The translations under genes were made by a program, and so were the position numbers. The notes below the pieces were generated by a model. That model was not told the DNA's origin, made no database searches, and worked only from the letters and a program-made list of their open reading frames with translations. Of a stretch of DNA of 64,000 nucleotides, positions 29,706 through 39,600 are shown in pieces. The stretch is from positions 22,080-86,079 of the forward strand of contig CAISGE010000070.1 of the NCBI GenBank assembly GCA_903884815.1, given 5' to 3'. The stretch's first letter is position 1. Each line of letters begins with the position of its first letter. This DNA comes from Candidatus Omnitrophota bacterium (GTDB lineage: Bacteria > Omnitrophota > Omnitrophia > Omnitrophales > Aquincolibacteriaceae).

Positions 29706-31106
29706 CTACTGCTTGGACTCCTGCTGCCAACCGCCACCAAGCGCGCGATAGAGTTGGACATAATAGAGCAGCTGGGAACCTTGGGTGCGAGCAAGTGCCG
29801 TCTGCGCGCTGTAATACTGCTGGTCGGCATCCAAGACTTCGATGTAACTGGAAAGTCCGCTTTCATATCGAATCAGTGAGAGTTTGGCGGACTCTTTCAG
29901 CGCTGTAACTTGCTTTTCCTGTTCTTCGCGAACTTTCTTTACCTTCTCAATACCCACCAATGAATCCGCCACCTCATGAAACGCGGACACCACCGTCTGT
30001 TTATAGACTGCGACGGACTGCTGCCATTTCGCCTTGGCGCCCTTGTAATTGTAAACATTCTTCCCGCCTTCAAAAAGCGGCATCTTGACATCCCCGCCGA
30101 TCGTCCAAGTATAACCTTCCGAATTAAAAACCTGAGAAGGATGTTCGCCCGCACCGCCCACAAAATTGTTCATATTTAAAAGCGGCATGAACTCCCCCAC
30201 CTTGACGCCCACAGTGGCATTGGCGGCTCGCACGAGTTGTTCCGCTTCCATAATGTCAGGCCGCCGCTTCAATATTTCGGAAGGAAGACCCGAGCCAGGC
30301 ATCTCCGGCACAAAAGATTGCTTGGATAAAGGAGCCGTCCTCTGAATGGGACCCGGATTGCGCCCAAGCAAGGCTGAAAGTTTGTTTTCCAGGATCGAGA
30401 TCTGGCGCTCGATCTCGGGAATATTCGCGGCAGTTTGCTGATAATCGGCCTCGGCCCGGGCCACTTCAAGCCCGGAAGCAGTGCCTCCTTGAAAACGCTT
30501 CTTGAAAAGATCCAGATTGTCGCTCCTCGTCTTCAGGGTCTTCTGGGCGATATCCAATTCAAGATCCAACTCGAGGATCGTGAAGTAGGTTTGAGCCGCA
30601 TCGGCCACAAGGGTCACCATCACGCCGCGACGCGCATCTTCCGTGGCTAAAAATTCCGCTTGGGACGCGTGAATGGACTGACGGATTTTCCCCCAAAGAT
30701 CCACTTCCCAACCTGTGCTGAACCCTCCGTTAAAATTCGAAGTCACATGATCCAAAGTCGGATTAAGAGCTTCCGAATTCCGGTCCCTCGAAGCACCGGT
30801 TGTCAGATCCGTATGAGGCATGATCTGAGACCGTGTCACACCGACTTGAGCGCGCGCCTCATCCACGCGTGCCGCCGCAGCTCGCAAATCGTAATTGTTG
30901 GCCAGAGTTTCACGGATCAATTCCTGCAAATTGGCGTCATTAAAAACTTTCCACCAAGGCAGATTGACCATCGATTCCCCCTGCTCCAGGGTTTTGTAAC
31001 TGCGGTAGCTCTGAGGCAGCTCCATGGCCGGCTCATGATAGCGCGGTCCGATCGCGCAACCGGAAGCGAATAGAACGATGGCAAGAAAGAGGATCACACG
31101 TTTCAT
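29706..31106 (-). CDS. Outer membrane efflux lipoprotein (NodT/TolC family)
   Basis: Lipobox ASGC, WEVDLWG, RRPDI, LYRALGGGW. Confidence 0.93.
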   Translation of the reverse strand: MKRVILFLAIVLFASGCAIGPRYHEPAMELPQSYRSYKTLEQGESMVNLPWWKVFNDANLQELIRETLANNYDLRAAAARVDEARAQVGVTRSQIMPHTDLTTGASRDRNSEALNPTLDHVTSNFNGGFSTGWEVDLWGKIRQSIHASQAEFLATEDARRGVMVTLVADAAQTYFTILELDLELDIAQKTLKTRSDNLDLFKKRFQGGTASGLEVARAEADYQQTAANIPEIERQISILENKLSALLGRNPGPIQRTAPLSKQSFVPEMPGSGLPSEILKRRPDIMEAEQLVRAANATVGVKVGEFMPLLNMNNFVGGAGEHPSQVFNSEGYTWTIGGDVKMPLFEGGKNVYNYKGAKAKWQQSVAVYKQTVVSAFHEVADSLVGIEKVKKVREEQEKQVTALKESAKLSLIRYESGLSSYIEVLDADQQYYSAQTALARTQGSQLLYYVQLYRALGGGWQQESKQ

Positions 31107-31136
31107 TGGATATTCTCCTATTAAAGTGACCGGAAC

Positions 31137-32261
31137 TTACTTCGTCACAGCGATTGATTTTCTAAAAAGCACAAGACTGTACAAAAAGAATCCGAGCCCC
31201 GTCGCCCCCACCATCAGGAACTGGGACCAGACCGCGCGAATCCCGCCGCCACGGTAAATGATGATCTGTGAAAAACTGACAAAATGTCTCGAGGGCAAAA
31301 AGAAAGTCAAGCGCTGCAGCCATTGAGGCTGGCTTTCAACGGGCGTCGACCCTCCCGAGAGCAACATCAGCATGAGGATCACCAGAATGATCAAAAGCGC
31401 GAATTGCGCCATCGACCGCGAGGTCGTCCCCAGAAAGATCCCGAGCGCCGTCGCGAAGAAAAGATAAAGGATCACGCCCAAAAACCACAGCAGATGCGAA
31501 CCCGCGAAAGGCACCCTCAAGGCCATCTCGACTACGCCAAAAAGTGAGGCGGCGGTCGCGATCAGAATCACCAGACCGTTGGCCCAAACCTTCGCCACCG
31601 CGATCTCAAATGCGGTCAGAGGCATCACAAGTAAGTGCTCCAGCGTTCCGTGCTCGCGCTCCCGGATTACCGCGGCGCCGGTCAGCACGATCGTCAGAAG
31701 AGAGATCTGATTAATGATGGCCACCACGCTCAGGAACCAGGAGGATACACCGTTGGGATTGAAGAGCTTGCGAACGATCAGATTGACGGGCAAGGCAACC
31801 TTCTCGTCCGTGCGCTTGAGAAAGTTAGAGATGCGCTTATTGATGATATTCTTAATGTAATTCGAACCGATACTGGCCTGTTGCATCGCCGTGGCGTCGA
31901 TATTGATCTGGATCTCCGGATTACGGCCGGCGCGAAGATCGGACTCAAACTGAGGCGGAATGACGACCACAAACATGAACTGCCCTTGATCCATGGTATT
32001 TTCGATCTCGTCGGCATTGATCTTCTTGGGGATCTGGAACCGCGGCGGATAGAACGCATTAAAGATCTCCTTCGACAGGGCCGAACCGTTCTCGTCCACG
32101 AAGGCGATCGAAGCGTTGTTGACTTCATTCGACGTCCCTGTCGCCTGGACATAAACCGCCATCGTGAACGCATAGATGACGAACAGAAGCATGACCTTAT
32201 CGCTCACCAGACTGCGTATCTCCTTCAAGCCCAGCCAAAAAATGTTCTGCAGTGACGCCAT
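31137..32261 (-). CDS. yhhJ: ABC-2 type permease
   Basis: LGLKE, REREHGTLEHLLVMP, LSGGSTP; follows rbbA. Confidence 0.88.
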   Translation of the reverse strand: MASLQNIFWLGLKEIRSLVSDKVMLLFVIYAFTMAVYVQATGTSNEVNNASIAFVDENGSALSKEIFNAFYPPRFQIPKKINADEIENTMDQGQFMFVVVIPPQFESDLRAGRNPEIQINIDATAMQQASIGSNYIKNIINKRISNFLKRTDEKVALPVNLIVRKLFNPNGVSSWFLSVVAIINQISLLTIVLTGAAVIREREHGTLEHLLVMPLTAFEIAVAKVWANGLVILIATAASLFGVVEMALRVPFAGSHLLWFLGVILYLFFATALGIFLGTTSRSMAQFALLIILVILMLMLLSGGSTPVESQPQWLQRLTFFLPSRHFVSFSQIIIYRGGGIRAVWSQFLMVGATGLGFFLYSLVLFRKSIAVTK

Positions 32262-32262
32262 G

Positions 32263-35058
32263 TTATTTCTCCTGCTTTCTGAGTCCCAGCATACTGCACC
32301 CCCATAAGATCGGAATACAACAGGCCAGATAAATAAGGTCCGGCATCATGAGCCAGATACTGATCCCCTTGGTATAGGCGCCCACGCTCGAGTGCATGTA
32401 ATAAGTGGTCGGCCAGAACGTACCGAAGAGCCGGGCCCGTCCTATCAGCGTCGAGACCGGCTGCAATAGGCCGGAGAACTGGACAGTCGGCGTGATGGTA
32501 AGGATCGCAGTGACAAAAACCGCCGCGACTTGACTGCTTGTAAACGTCGAGATGACCATCCCGATCCCGGTGGTCGTCGTGACGTAAAGCAACGTACACA
32601 ACGTCAGGAAGAGAAAACTGCCTTTGACCGGCACGCCGAAAATAAACCGCGCCATTGCTGCCAAAATAAAAAAGTTGATCAGTGCGATCGCGATATAGGG
32701 CAATTGTTTTCCAAGGAGATACTCCAGCTTTCCCGTCGGCGTGACATAGAAGTTGATCATGGAGCCAAGCTCCTTTTCCCGTACAATGCTGACCGCCATA
32801 AGGATCGCCGGGATCAGAACGAGCAACAGGGCCGGAACGCTCGGCACGATCGCGAACACGCTTTCAAAAGTCGGATTGTACATGAACCGTTCCTGAAAGG
32901 TCGCGGTGTTCTTCGGCGGGCCGGTTTGCAGTCCCATCGCCGGATTCTGAAGCATCTTATCGTTGACCCCCTGAACATACTGGGCCACGGTCTCGCCGCG
33001 AAAGGTCATCGCACCATCCACCTGTGCCAAAACATCGGGGGCATTCCCTCTCCGGAAGTTCCTGCCAAAGCTAGGAGGGATCTCGAGAAGTACTGAAATA
33101 TCGTCCGCCTGGAGACGGAGCAGGCCCTCGTCAGCCGAACGGACCGGCGGTGTATGTTTAAAATAACGCGGCGATCCGGCGAACTGCTCGAGATAAGCGC
33201 GGCTTTCCGGCGACTGATCGAGATCGTAGGCCGCATAGCGGACGTGTTCGACATCCGTGGTGATCCCAAAGCCGAAAACAAGCATGAGGAGCGCCGATCC
33301 AAAAAAAGAAAAAACAAGTCGCACCGGATCACGCAGGATCTGCATGGTTTCATTGCGGACGTAGGCGAACATACGCACAAGCCGCAACCGGAGCGCAGAC
33401 GGCTTTGAGGCCGTTTTTGAAAGCGCCGGCTGACCGGCCGCCGAGGCAGGACTGGCGGCTTTTTCCTTGTTTTTGATGCCGGCTGCGTCTTCAGCGGCGG
33501 CATCTTCCATGTACCCGATGAACGCATCTTCCAGATTCGTGGCGCCGCGCGTTTCGATCAACTTCTGCGGCGCATCACACGCAAGCACCCTCCCCGCGTT
33601 CATCAGTGAGATCCGGTCACAGCGCATTCCCTCGTTCATGAAATGCGTCGTGATGAAGATTGTCACACCCTGCTTCCTGGAAAGATCGATCAAGAGTTCC
33701 CAGAAGCTGTCCCGGGCGACCGGATCGACGCCGGAAGTGGGTTCATCCAGGATCAGTATTTTGGGTTCATGCAAGACGGCGACCGCCAGCGAAAGCCGCT
33801 GCCGCAGACCCATCGGCAAAGATTCGGCCAGAGAATCAAGATGTGCCCCGAGCCCAAACTTTTCAACAAGCTCCTTGATGCGTTCTTCTGACTTCTTCGA
33901 AGGAATGTGATAAAGGAGCGCGTCCAGAACCAGGTTCTGACGGACGGTGAGTTCGCCGTAGAGAGAGAACGACTGCGTCATATAACCCAGCTTCTTGCGT
34001 ACCTCGATACTGCCGGCCTCCACCGAACTGCCGAAGAGCGTCGCCGTTCCCTCGGTGGGAGGCAAGAGCCCCGTCAGCATCTTCATGGTGGTCGACTTGC
34101 CGCAACCGTTGGAGCCGAGGAATCCGAAGATCTCCCCGCAACCGATCGAAAGGCTGACGTGATCCACGGCGGTAAAACTGCCGAACCGGCGCGTCAGCCC
34201 CTTGGCATCGATGACAACTTCCGCTCCTTCCGTCACAAGCGGCGGTATCGTTAACTCGTTATGCCCTTTGCGTTTTTCTTCCGGGAGCAACCCGATAAAA
34301 CATTTCTCCAGATCTTCCGTGCCTGTCCGCTTCATCAATTCCTTCGGCGTTCCGGTCGCCAGCACGCGTCCGGCATCCATCGCCACGATCCAGTCCCACT
34401 TTTGAGCCTCATCCATGTAAGCCGTGGAGATAAGGACGCTCATACCGGGACGGCCCGCGCGTATATCATCAATAAGCGTCCAGAATTGGCGGCGGGAAAG
34501 AGGATCGACCCCGGTAGTGGGTTCATCAAGAATGAGCAGATCAGGGTCATGGACCAACGCGCCGCAAAGCCCGACCTTTTGCTTCATGCCGCCTGAAAGC
34601 TTGCCTGCGGGGCGACTGGCGAAAGGGCCAAGTCCCGTGGCCTCGAGCAGTTGCTTCACACGGATCGGACGTTCCTCGGCGGATAATCCGAAAAGCTGCG
34701 CCATAAAATCGACGTTGTCATAGACACTGAGTTCCAGATAGAGATTTTTTCCCAACCCTTGAGGCATATACGCGATCCGGGGGCACACAACATTCCGGTG
34801 GCGGATATCGGCCATATCCCCATCGAGAACCGAGACGGTTCCCTGTTGCATCTTTTTGGATCCGGCGATCAGGGCCATGAGTGTCGACTTACCGACGCCG
34901 TCAGGGCCAATAATGCCCACCATGATACCGCTGGGAATATCCAGGGAAATACCGTCCAGCGCGACAGCCTTGCCATAACGGTGAGTGACGTCTTTAACGG
35001 AAACTACAGATTTTCCGGCGGGCACGGTCGAATGCGGCTGAGAAGCGGGAGACACCAT
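32263..35058 (-). CDS. rbbA: Double ATPase-permease fusion (ribosome-associated ATPase RbbA type)
   Basis: GPDGVGKS, YMPQGLGKNLY, GSNGCGKST, two LDEPT motifs, C-terminal permease REKELGS. Confidence 0.92.
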   Translation of the reverse strand: MVSPASQPHSTVPAGKSVVSVKDVTHRYGKAVALDGISLDIPSGIMVGIIGPDGVGKSTLMALIAGSKKMQQGTVSVLDGDMADIRHRNVVCPRIAYMPQGLGKNLYLELSVYDNVDFMAQLFGLSAEERPIRVKQLLEATGLGPFASRPAGKLSGGMKQKVGLCGALVHDPDLLILDEPTTGVDPLSRRQFWTLIDDIRAGRPGMSVLISTAYMDEAQKWDWIVAMDAGRVLATGTPKELMKRTGTEDLEKCFIGLLPEEKRKGHNELTIPPLVTEGAEVVIDAKGLTRRFGSFTAVDHVSLSIGCGEIFGFLGSNGCGKSTTMKMLTGLLPPTEGTATLFGSSVEAGSIEVRKKLGYMTQSFSLYGELTVRQNLVLDALLYHIPSKKSEERIKELVEKFGLGAHLDSLAESLPMGLRQRLSLAVAVLHEPKILILDEPTSGVDPVARDSFWELLIDLSRKQGVTIFITTHFMNEGMRCDRISLMNAGRVLACDAPQKLIETRGATNLEDAFIGYMEDAAAEDAAGIKNKEKAASPASAAGQPALSKTASKPSALRLRLVRMFAYVRNETMQILRDPVRLVFSFFGSALLMLVFGFGITTDVEHVRYAAYDLDQSPESRAYLEQFAGSPRYFKHTPPVRSADEGLLRLQADDISVLLEIPPSFGRNFRRGNAPDVLAQVDGAMTFRGETVAQYVQGVNDKMLQNPAMGLQTGPPKNTATFQERFMYNPTFESVFAIVPSVPALLLVLIPAILMAVSIVREKELGSMINFYVTPTGKLEYLLGKQLPYIAIALINFFILAAMARFIFGVPVKGSFLFLTLCTLLYVTTTTGIGMVISTFTSSQVAAVFVTAILTITPTVQFSGLLQPVSTLIGRARLFGTFWPTTYYMHSSVGAYTKGISIWLMMPDLIYLACCIPILWGCSMLGLRKQEK

Positions 35059-35165
35059 AGGTCAGATTTCCCAATTGACGTCGTTCATAAGATCAATCGC
35101 GAGAGCCGTCCGCACGCTTAAGCCTTTTCGTTCTCTGTGATGTTTCGACAGGATCGTTAGGATTC

Positions 35166-36206
35166 TTATTTAACCGCTGTTGCGGATTTTGGAACGGCCG
35201 GCTGAGCGTCTGGGACCCAGAGATTCTGCAACCAACTCGGCCAAACCGCGGAATCCGTCAGCTTCACATAACCCACACCACGGATCCCCGTCTTGACACG
35301 ATCAATGCGGGAAGCGATCAACTCCTTAGGGACTTGGATCTTGACCCGGAACATCAGCTTGTCGCGCTCACTGAGCGTCTCGACCTGTTTGGGAGTGAAT
35401 TGTGCTTCCGGGGACACAAAACTGACAAACCCTTGAGCGGCGCGTCCCGGAGCAAAGTCCACCGTGAGCCTCGCCTCAGCGCCCACCTTAAGGCCGGCCG
35501 CTTGTTGCGAGGGCAGATAGATCTCCATATAGACATCTTCCAGATTGACCAGCGTCAGCGCCTTTCCACCGGCCGCAAGCATTTCGCCGGGCTCAGCCAG
35601 GCGATAAAGAACTCTTCCCATGACCGGGGACTTGAGCGTTGCATCATCGATATGCGTCTGGATCGTCGTTACGTTCGCCTTCGCAACCTCCACTTCCTGC
35701 TTGGCCGTGTTCATCTTCGCTTCCTCTTCCGAGAGGGCAGCCGTATTGGTCGCTAAGGATGTCGTGCGGGCGTCAAATTCACGCTGGGACAGGGCATTTT
35801 GTTCGACAAGTTTCTTCGTGCGGTCATACTCGAGCTTCGCGTTGTCGAGCATGCTCTTCTGTTTGATAGCGGAAAAATTCGCGCTCGCCATACGTTCCTG
35901 TGCCGCTGCGACCCTCAACTTCGCCTCAGCCAACTGGGAATCGAAGGTCGAGGTATCCAGAACAACCAGTACCTGGCCCGGTTTGACGAGGTCCCCTTCG
36001 TCAACGAGGATCTCCTTGACCCTGAGAGCATCCTTGGCAACCGCATCCACCAATTTGGCCTCAATCCTGCCATTCCCCGAGGCGAATCCTTTCGGAAGTT
36101 CCGATTGTTTCGCTTTCAAGTATTGAAAACCAAAAAACGCAATTGCCACAACAGCAACCGCTAGAATGATCCTCTTCAGAGATTTTTTTGAAATGGCTGG
36201 GGACAT
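35166..36206 (-). CDS. yhiI: HlyD-family membrane fusion protein
   Basis: SGNGRIEA, VDEGDLV, AQFTPKQVET..RDKLMFRVK. Confidence 0.88.
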   Translation of the reverse strand: MSPAISKKSLKRIILAVAVVAIAFFGFQYLKAKQSELPKGFASGNGRIEAKLVDAVAKDALRVKEILVDEGDLVKPGQVLVVLDTSTFDSQLAEAKLRVAAAQERMASANFSAIKQKSMLDNAKLEYDRTKKLVEQNALSQREFDARTTSLATNTAALSEEEAKMNTAKQEVEVAKANVTTIQTHIDDATLKSPVMGRVLYRLAEPGEMLAAGGKALTLVNLEDVYMEIYLPSQQAAGLKVGAEARLTVDFAPGRAAQGFVSFVSPEAQFTPKQVETLSERDKLMFRVKIQVPKELIASRIDRVKTGIRGVGYVKLTDSAVWPSWLQNLWVPDAQPAVPKSATAVK

Positions 36207-36426
36207 GGGAGGCTCCTTAAGGGTTGACGATCAGAAGAAACAATCAGCATTTAGCGGCTCGTTGCAAGTGAGTCCTAACTGTCTTTGTATACAGATCGAG
36301 TTACAAGGAGAAACTTAACGACATACTAATCACAAGTGCTTTTGCACACAAGCTGAAAAGTCATGAGACCGCGAAAAATACACGGAAAGGAAAGAGGGCC
36401 AGTGTGTCAGGCGAGGGTCGCACTGA

Positions 36427-37176
36427 TCAGGCGGCTTTTTTTGTTGCGAGGGCTTCTATTTTACGGAGAAGATCACTGCTTTCCTTATAAGAAAGGATCT
36501 TCTCCCCGTCAAAAGACTTCATTGCTTCAAGGGACAGCGACTCTTTACAATAAACAAAAAAAGGAGTCTCCGCAACGGCGGGGCTTAGGCGAACCTCCAG
36601 AGCGATTTTGCGGGGATCAAAGATGTGCTCGTCTTCCCAGAACTGGCAAAAAACCATTTGGGGCTTTGATTTCTTGATCAACTGTGCCGCGTCCGCCTCG
36701 TGAAGGGCGGTGAGTACCTGAAAGTCGAACTTCCCCAGAAGATCCCGGATCTTGTTGACCAGAAGATCCTCAACCCCGGCAAGTACCACACATTTGGCCG
36801 AGTCTCCCCCCGGCTGCGCGCAGCCGATCAGGGCCTCGATCCGGCTGATAAGGAGCTTGCTTTCAAGAGGTTTTGGCAGAAATTCGATGTTACTGATGCC
36901 ATCAAAAAAATCCCGCATACCGCCGCGCGAAGAAATAATGATGGCCGGAATGTCCTTCGTCAGAGGATCCTTGCGGAGGATTTGCATTGCTTCGTAGCCA
37001 CTCATGATCGGCATCAGGACGTCCATGACGATCAAGTGGGGCTTCTCTTGCCGGGTGATCCCAAGGGCTTCTTCCCCATTAAAGGCAGAACAAACCTCAA
37101 AACCCGCGGCAGTGAGCCTTGGGGCGAGCAGTTGCACCATGAGGGGATCATCGTCAACGACCAGTATCTTCTTCAA
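36427..37176 (-). CDS. Response regulator: REC plus degenerate REC-like domain
   Basis: ILVVDDD, VMDVLMP, KP; second domain PQMVFCQFWED; TTG start. Confidence 0.85.
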   Translation of the reverse strand: MKKILVVDDDPLMVQLLAPRLTAAGFEVCSAFNGEEALGITRQEKPHLIVMDVLMPIMSGYEAMQILRKDPLTKDIPAIIISSRGGMRDFFDGISNIEFLPKPLESKLLISRIEALIGCAQPGGDSAKCVVLAGVEDLLVNKIRDLLGKFDFQVLTALHEADAAQLIKKSKPQMVFCQFWEDEHIFDPRKIALEVRLSPAVAETPFFVYCKESLSLEAMKSFDGEKILSYKESSDLLRKIEALATKKAA

Positions 37177-37215
37177 AACGGCCCGTCCTTTACGAAGGGT
37201 TTAAAAAATGTCTTT

Positions 37216-37650
37216 TTACTTTTTTTCGCGCAAGCTCTTAAGGAAAAGGTAAAGAATGTCGGTAACGGTCGTGATCCCGACCACGCGCTTGCTGTCATCC
37301 ACGATCGGCATGCAGCCCAATTTATTTTGGGCCATGACCTCCACGGCTTTCTCGAGGGAGTCATCCGGCCCAAGCGAATAGACCTTCTGAATGACATGCT
37401 GTTTCAGAATATACTTGGTCAACTCCACGGGATCATATAAATACGCGCCATCAGGCGCCTTCTTCGGGGACGCAATACGATTCAGGTCCCGCTGGGAAAT
37501 GATCCCCAGGATCTGTCCCTGAGCATTCACGATCGGGAGATGCCGGATATCCCTTTTTTGAAAGATCTCCGCGACCTTGCAAAAGGGCTCATCGATATTT
37601 AAAGTGACGGGATCTTTGGTCATGATGTCTCTTAAGAGGATATTTTTCAT
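37216..37650 (-). CDS. CBS-pair protein
   Basis: DIMT, IRHLPIV, GIISQRD, GCMPIV, GITTVTD. Confidence 0.9.
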   Translation of the reverse strand: MKNILLRDIMTKDPVTLNIDEPFCKVAEIFQKRDIRHLPIVNAQGQILGIISQRDLNRIASPKKAPDGAYLYDPVELTKYILKQHVIQKVYSLGPDDSLEKAVEVMAQNKLGCMPIVDDSKRVVGITTVTDILYLFLKSLREKK

Positions 37651-37781
37651 GATGTCCTTTCCTTGGCCCGATCTGGACTGTATCCAGAAGAGGGATTGAT
37701 TTTTTCACTATAATTATAGCACTTCAATCTTAATCGTCCGTGATAATTTCAAGAATGATATTTCTTACGGGACACGAAGGA

Positions 37782-37808
37782 TTATCGTCCGCTTGCCGCA
37801 AGAGTTAA
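37782..37808 (-). promoter_or_regulatory. Putative sigma-28-type promoter
   Basis: TTAA-N15-GACGATAA upstream of the CBS gene. Confidence 0.4.
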
Positions 37809-37887
37809 GAAGTTTCTATGCGGCGTTCGAGAAACCCTTAACTTTTTCGATAAACGCTCCCAACCCCGCCGGGCGCTCGATCCAATC

Positions 37888-39369
37888 TCAGGAAAGAGAA
37901 TCGATCTGTTTCTCGAGGGCCAACAGGGTTTCTTCAAGATATTTCGAACGGGCCTGAGCCTTCGCGAGCATTTCTTTTCCCCGTTTCAACTCTTCTTCGA
38001 GGCGAACCTTTTCATCAAAGCTGCTCCGAAGCTGAGCCGCTTCGTTCTCGAGCTCCACGCATCGTTTCCGAAGCTCCTCCAATTGCGAGACTGTCTGGTT
38101 CGCGCTTTCTTCAAGCTCCTTGATCCTCGCCTCAGCGAGGGCTGCCGCTTCGCTCATTTTGGCGACTTTCTGAGAAAAAAGTTCCTTTTCTTGCTCCAAC
38201 GCAGCGATGCGCTCGGCGCGATCTCTGATTTCCATCCCGAGATGCTGATTCTCCCCTTCAAGAACGAGGATCTGATCCCTCAAGGCCACGACCGGCGCGA
38301 CAGCCTCTTTCAGATGGGACTGAAGTCCCGCAATTTCGGCATCCTTCCCGGTAAGCGCTGCGGCAATAGTTTGTTTTTCATTTTCCGACCGCTCTTTTTC
38401 CGACCGCGCCATTTCAAATCGTCCGTTCGCTTCTTGAAGACTTGCTTCCAGGGCGAGGCTTTGAGCCTTCACCGACTCAACGGATGCGAGCGCCTCTTGC
38501 AACCGGGACTGAAGTCCCGCAATTTCGGCATCTCTCCCAGCTAGTTCCTCAGCAAAGTTTTTTCTTTCGAGATCCCAACGCTCTTTCTCATTTTCAGACC
38601 GTTGCTCTTCTCTCGCGGCCAGACCGCGGAGTCGCTCCTGCTCGAGGAAATCAGCTTCTCTCTCGGAGCGGGCCTTCTCCAACCGCGCAATCTCGTTTTG
38701 ATATTCCGCGCATTTTTGCTCGAGGGCCGACACCTGGGCGCGCGGCGCCTCGATCAAGATCTCGAGACCGCCTATTTTTCGCGCAAGACGCGCTTCCTCT
38801 TCGTGAGCATGCTTGAGTTCTTCGGCAAGGCGATGGTTCTCGGCCTCGAGGGATTTCCTTTTGCCTTCCTCGTCGGCCTGAGCTTGTCTTCTTTTTTCCT
38901 CCGCGTCCGCGAACCGCTTGGCGTAAGCAAATTCTTTTTCGGAAAATTCCGCGTGGGCCTTTTTCTCAGCGGCAAGCTCCGCCTCGAGCCCCTGGCACTT
39001 CTTTTCCAATTCCTCGTACGGACTTACGATTTTCGAATGCCCGGAACGCTCCTGGGGTAAATCCGGGGGCAATTCGGGCGGAGCTTGATCCTCCGGAAGG
39101 AATGGCTCGGGGAGGCCCGAGGCTTGCACGCTCGGAGCAGACGGTGCCTCATGAGGAATGGCAGGGTGCTGCACACCCTCTTTTTTCTCCAAAAGATCGA
39201 TGAGATTCATCAGTTCCATCAGATCCACGGAGACGGGAACATCCCCCGATCCTTTTTTGGAAGGATCGGCTTGTTTGGAATAATGATCAAGAAGGGCGTC
39301 CGCCATCGGCTTCGAAATGCGTCCGTTTTGAACCCATTCACGGATCTGGTCGTCGTAGGAGGCGGTCAT
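37888..39369 (-). CDS. Long coiled-coil protein
   Basis: Glu/Lys/Ala heptads after a Pro-rich linker; internal duplicated DAEIAGLQS segment. Confidence 0.8.
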   Translation of the reverse strand: MTASYDDQIREWVQNGRISKPMADALLDHYSKQADPSKKGSGDVPVSVDLMELMNLIDLLEKKEGVQHPAIPHEAPSAPSVQASGLPEPFLPEDQAPPELPPDLPQERSGHSKIVSPYEELEKKCQGLEAELAAEKKAHAEFSEKEFAYAKRFADAEEKRRQAQADEEGKRKSLEAENHRLAEELKHAHEEEARLARKIGGLEILIEAPRAQVSALEQKCAEYQNEIARLEKARSEREADFLEQERLRGLAAREEQRSENEKERWDLERKNFAEELAGRDAEIAGLQSRLQEALASVESVKAQSLALEASLQEANGRFEMARSEKERSENEKQTIAAALTGKDAEIAGLQSHLKEAVAPVVALRDQILVLEGENQHLGMEIRDRAERIAALEQEKELFSQKVAKMSEAAALAEARIKELEESANQTVSQLEELRKRCVELENEAAQLRSSFDEKVRLEEELKRGKEMLAKAQARSKYLEETLLALEKQIDSLS

Positions 39370-39460
39370 GATGTTGGTATATTACCTTGCTATGCCATTC
39401 TTTCAAACAAAAATGGCTTAGAGACAATGCGGGGCAAGTTAAAACATCCGCGAAGAGCGT

Positions 39461-39502
39461 CCCCTCTTTTCCCCGTGTGGGAGAGGATTAAGGTGAGGGG
39501 GG
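39461..39502. repeat. REP-like GC-rich palindromic element
   Basis: CCCCTCTTTTCCCC..GGGAGAGGATTAAGGTGAGGGG, resembling the widespread CCCCTCACCCTAACCCTCTCCC element. Confidence 0.5.
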
Positions 39503-39600
39503 AAATGCCCGTTGACCATTGTTGGTCATGGCGTTTTGTGCCTAGCCTCTGTGCGGGGAGCGTCGTCATCATGACTCCGTACGCCTTACGCCGTACGAAA

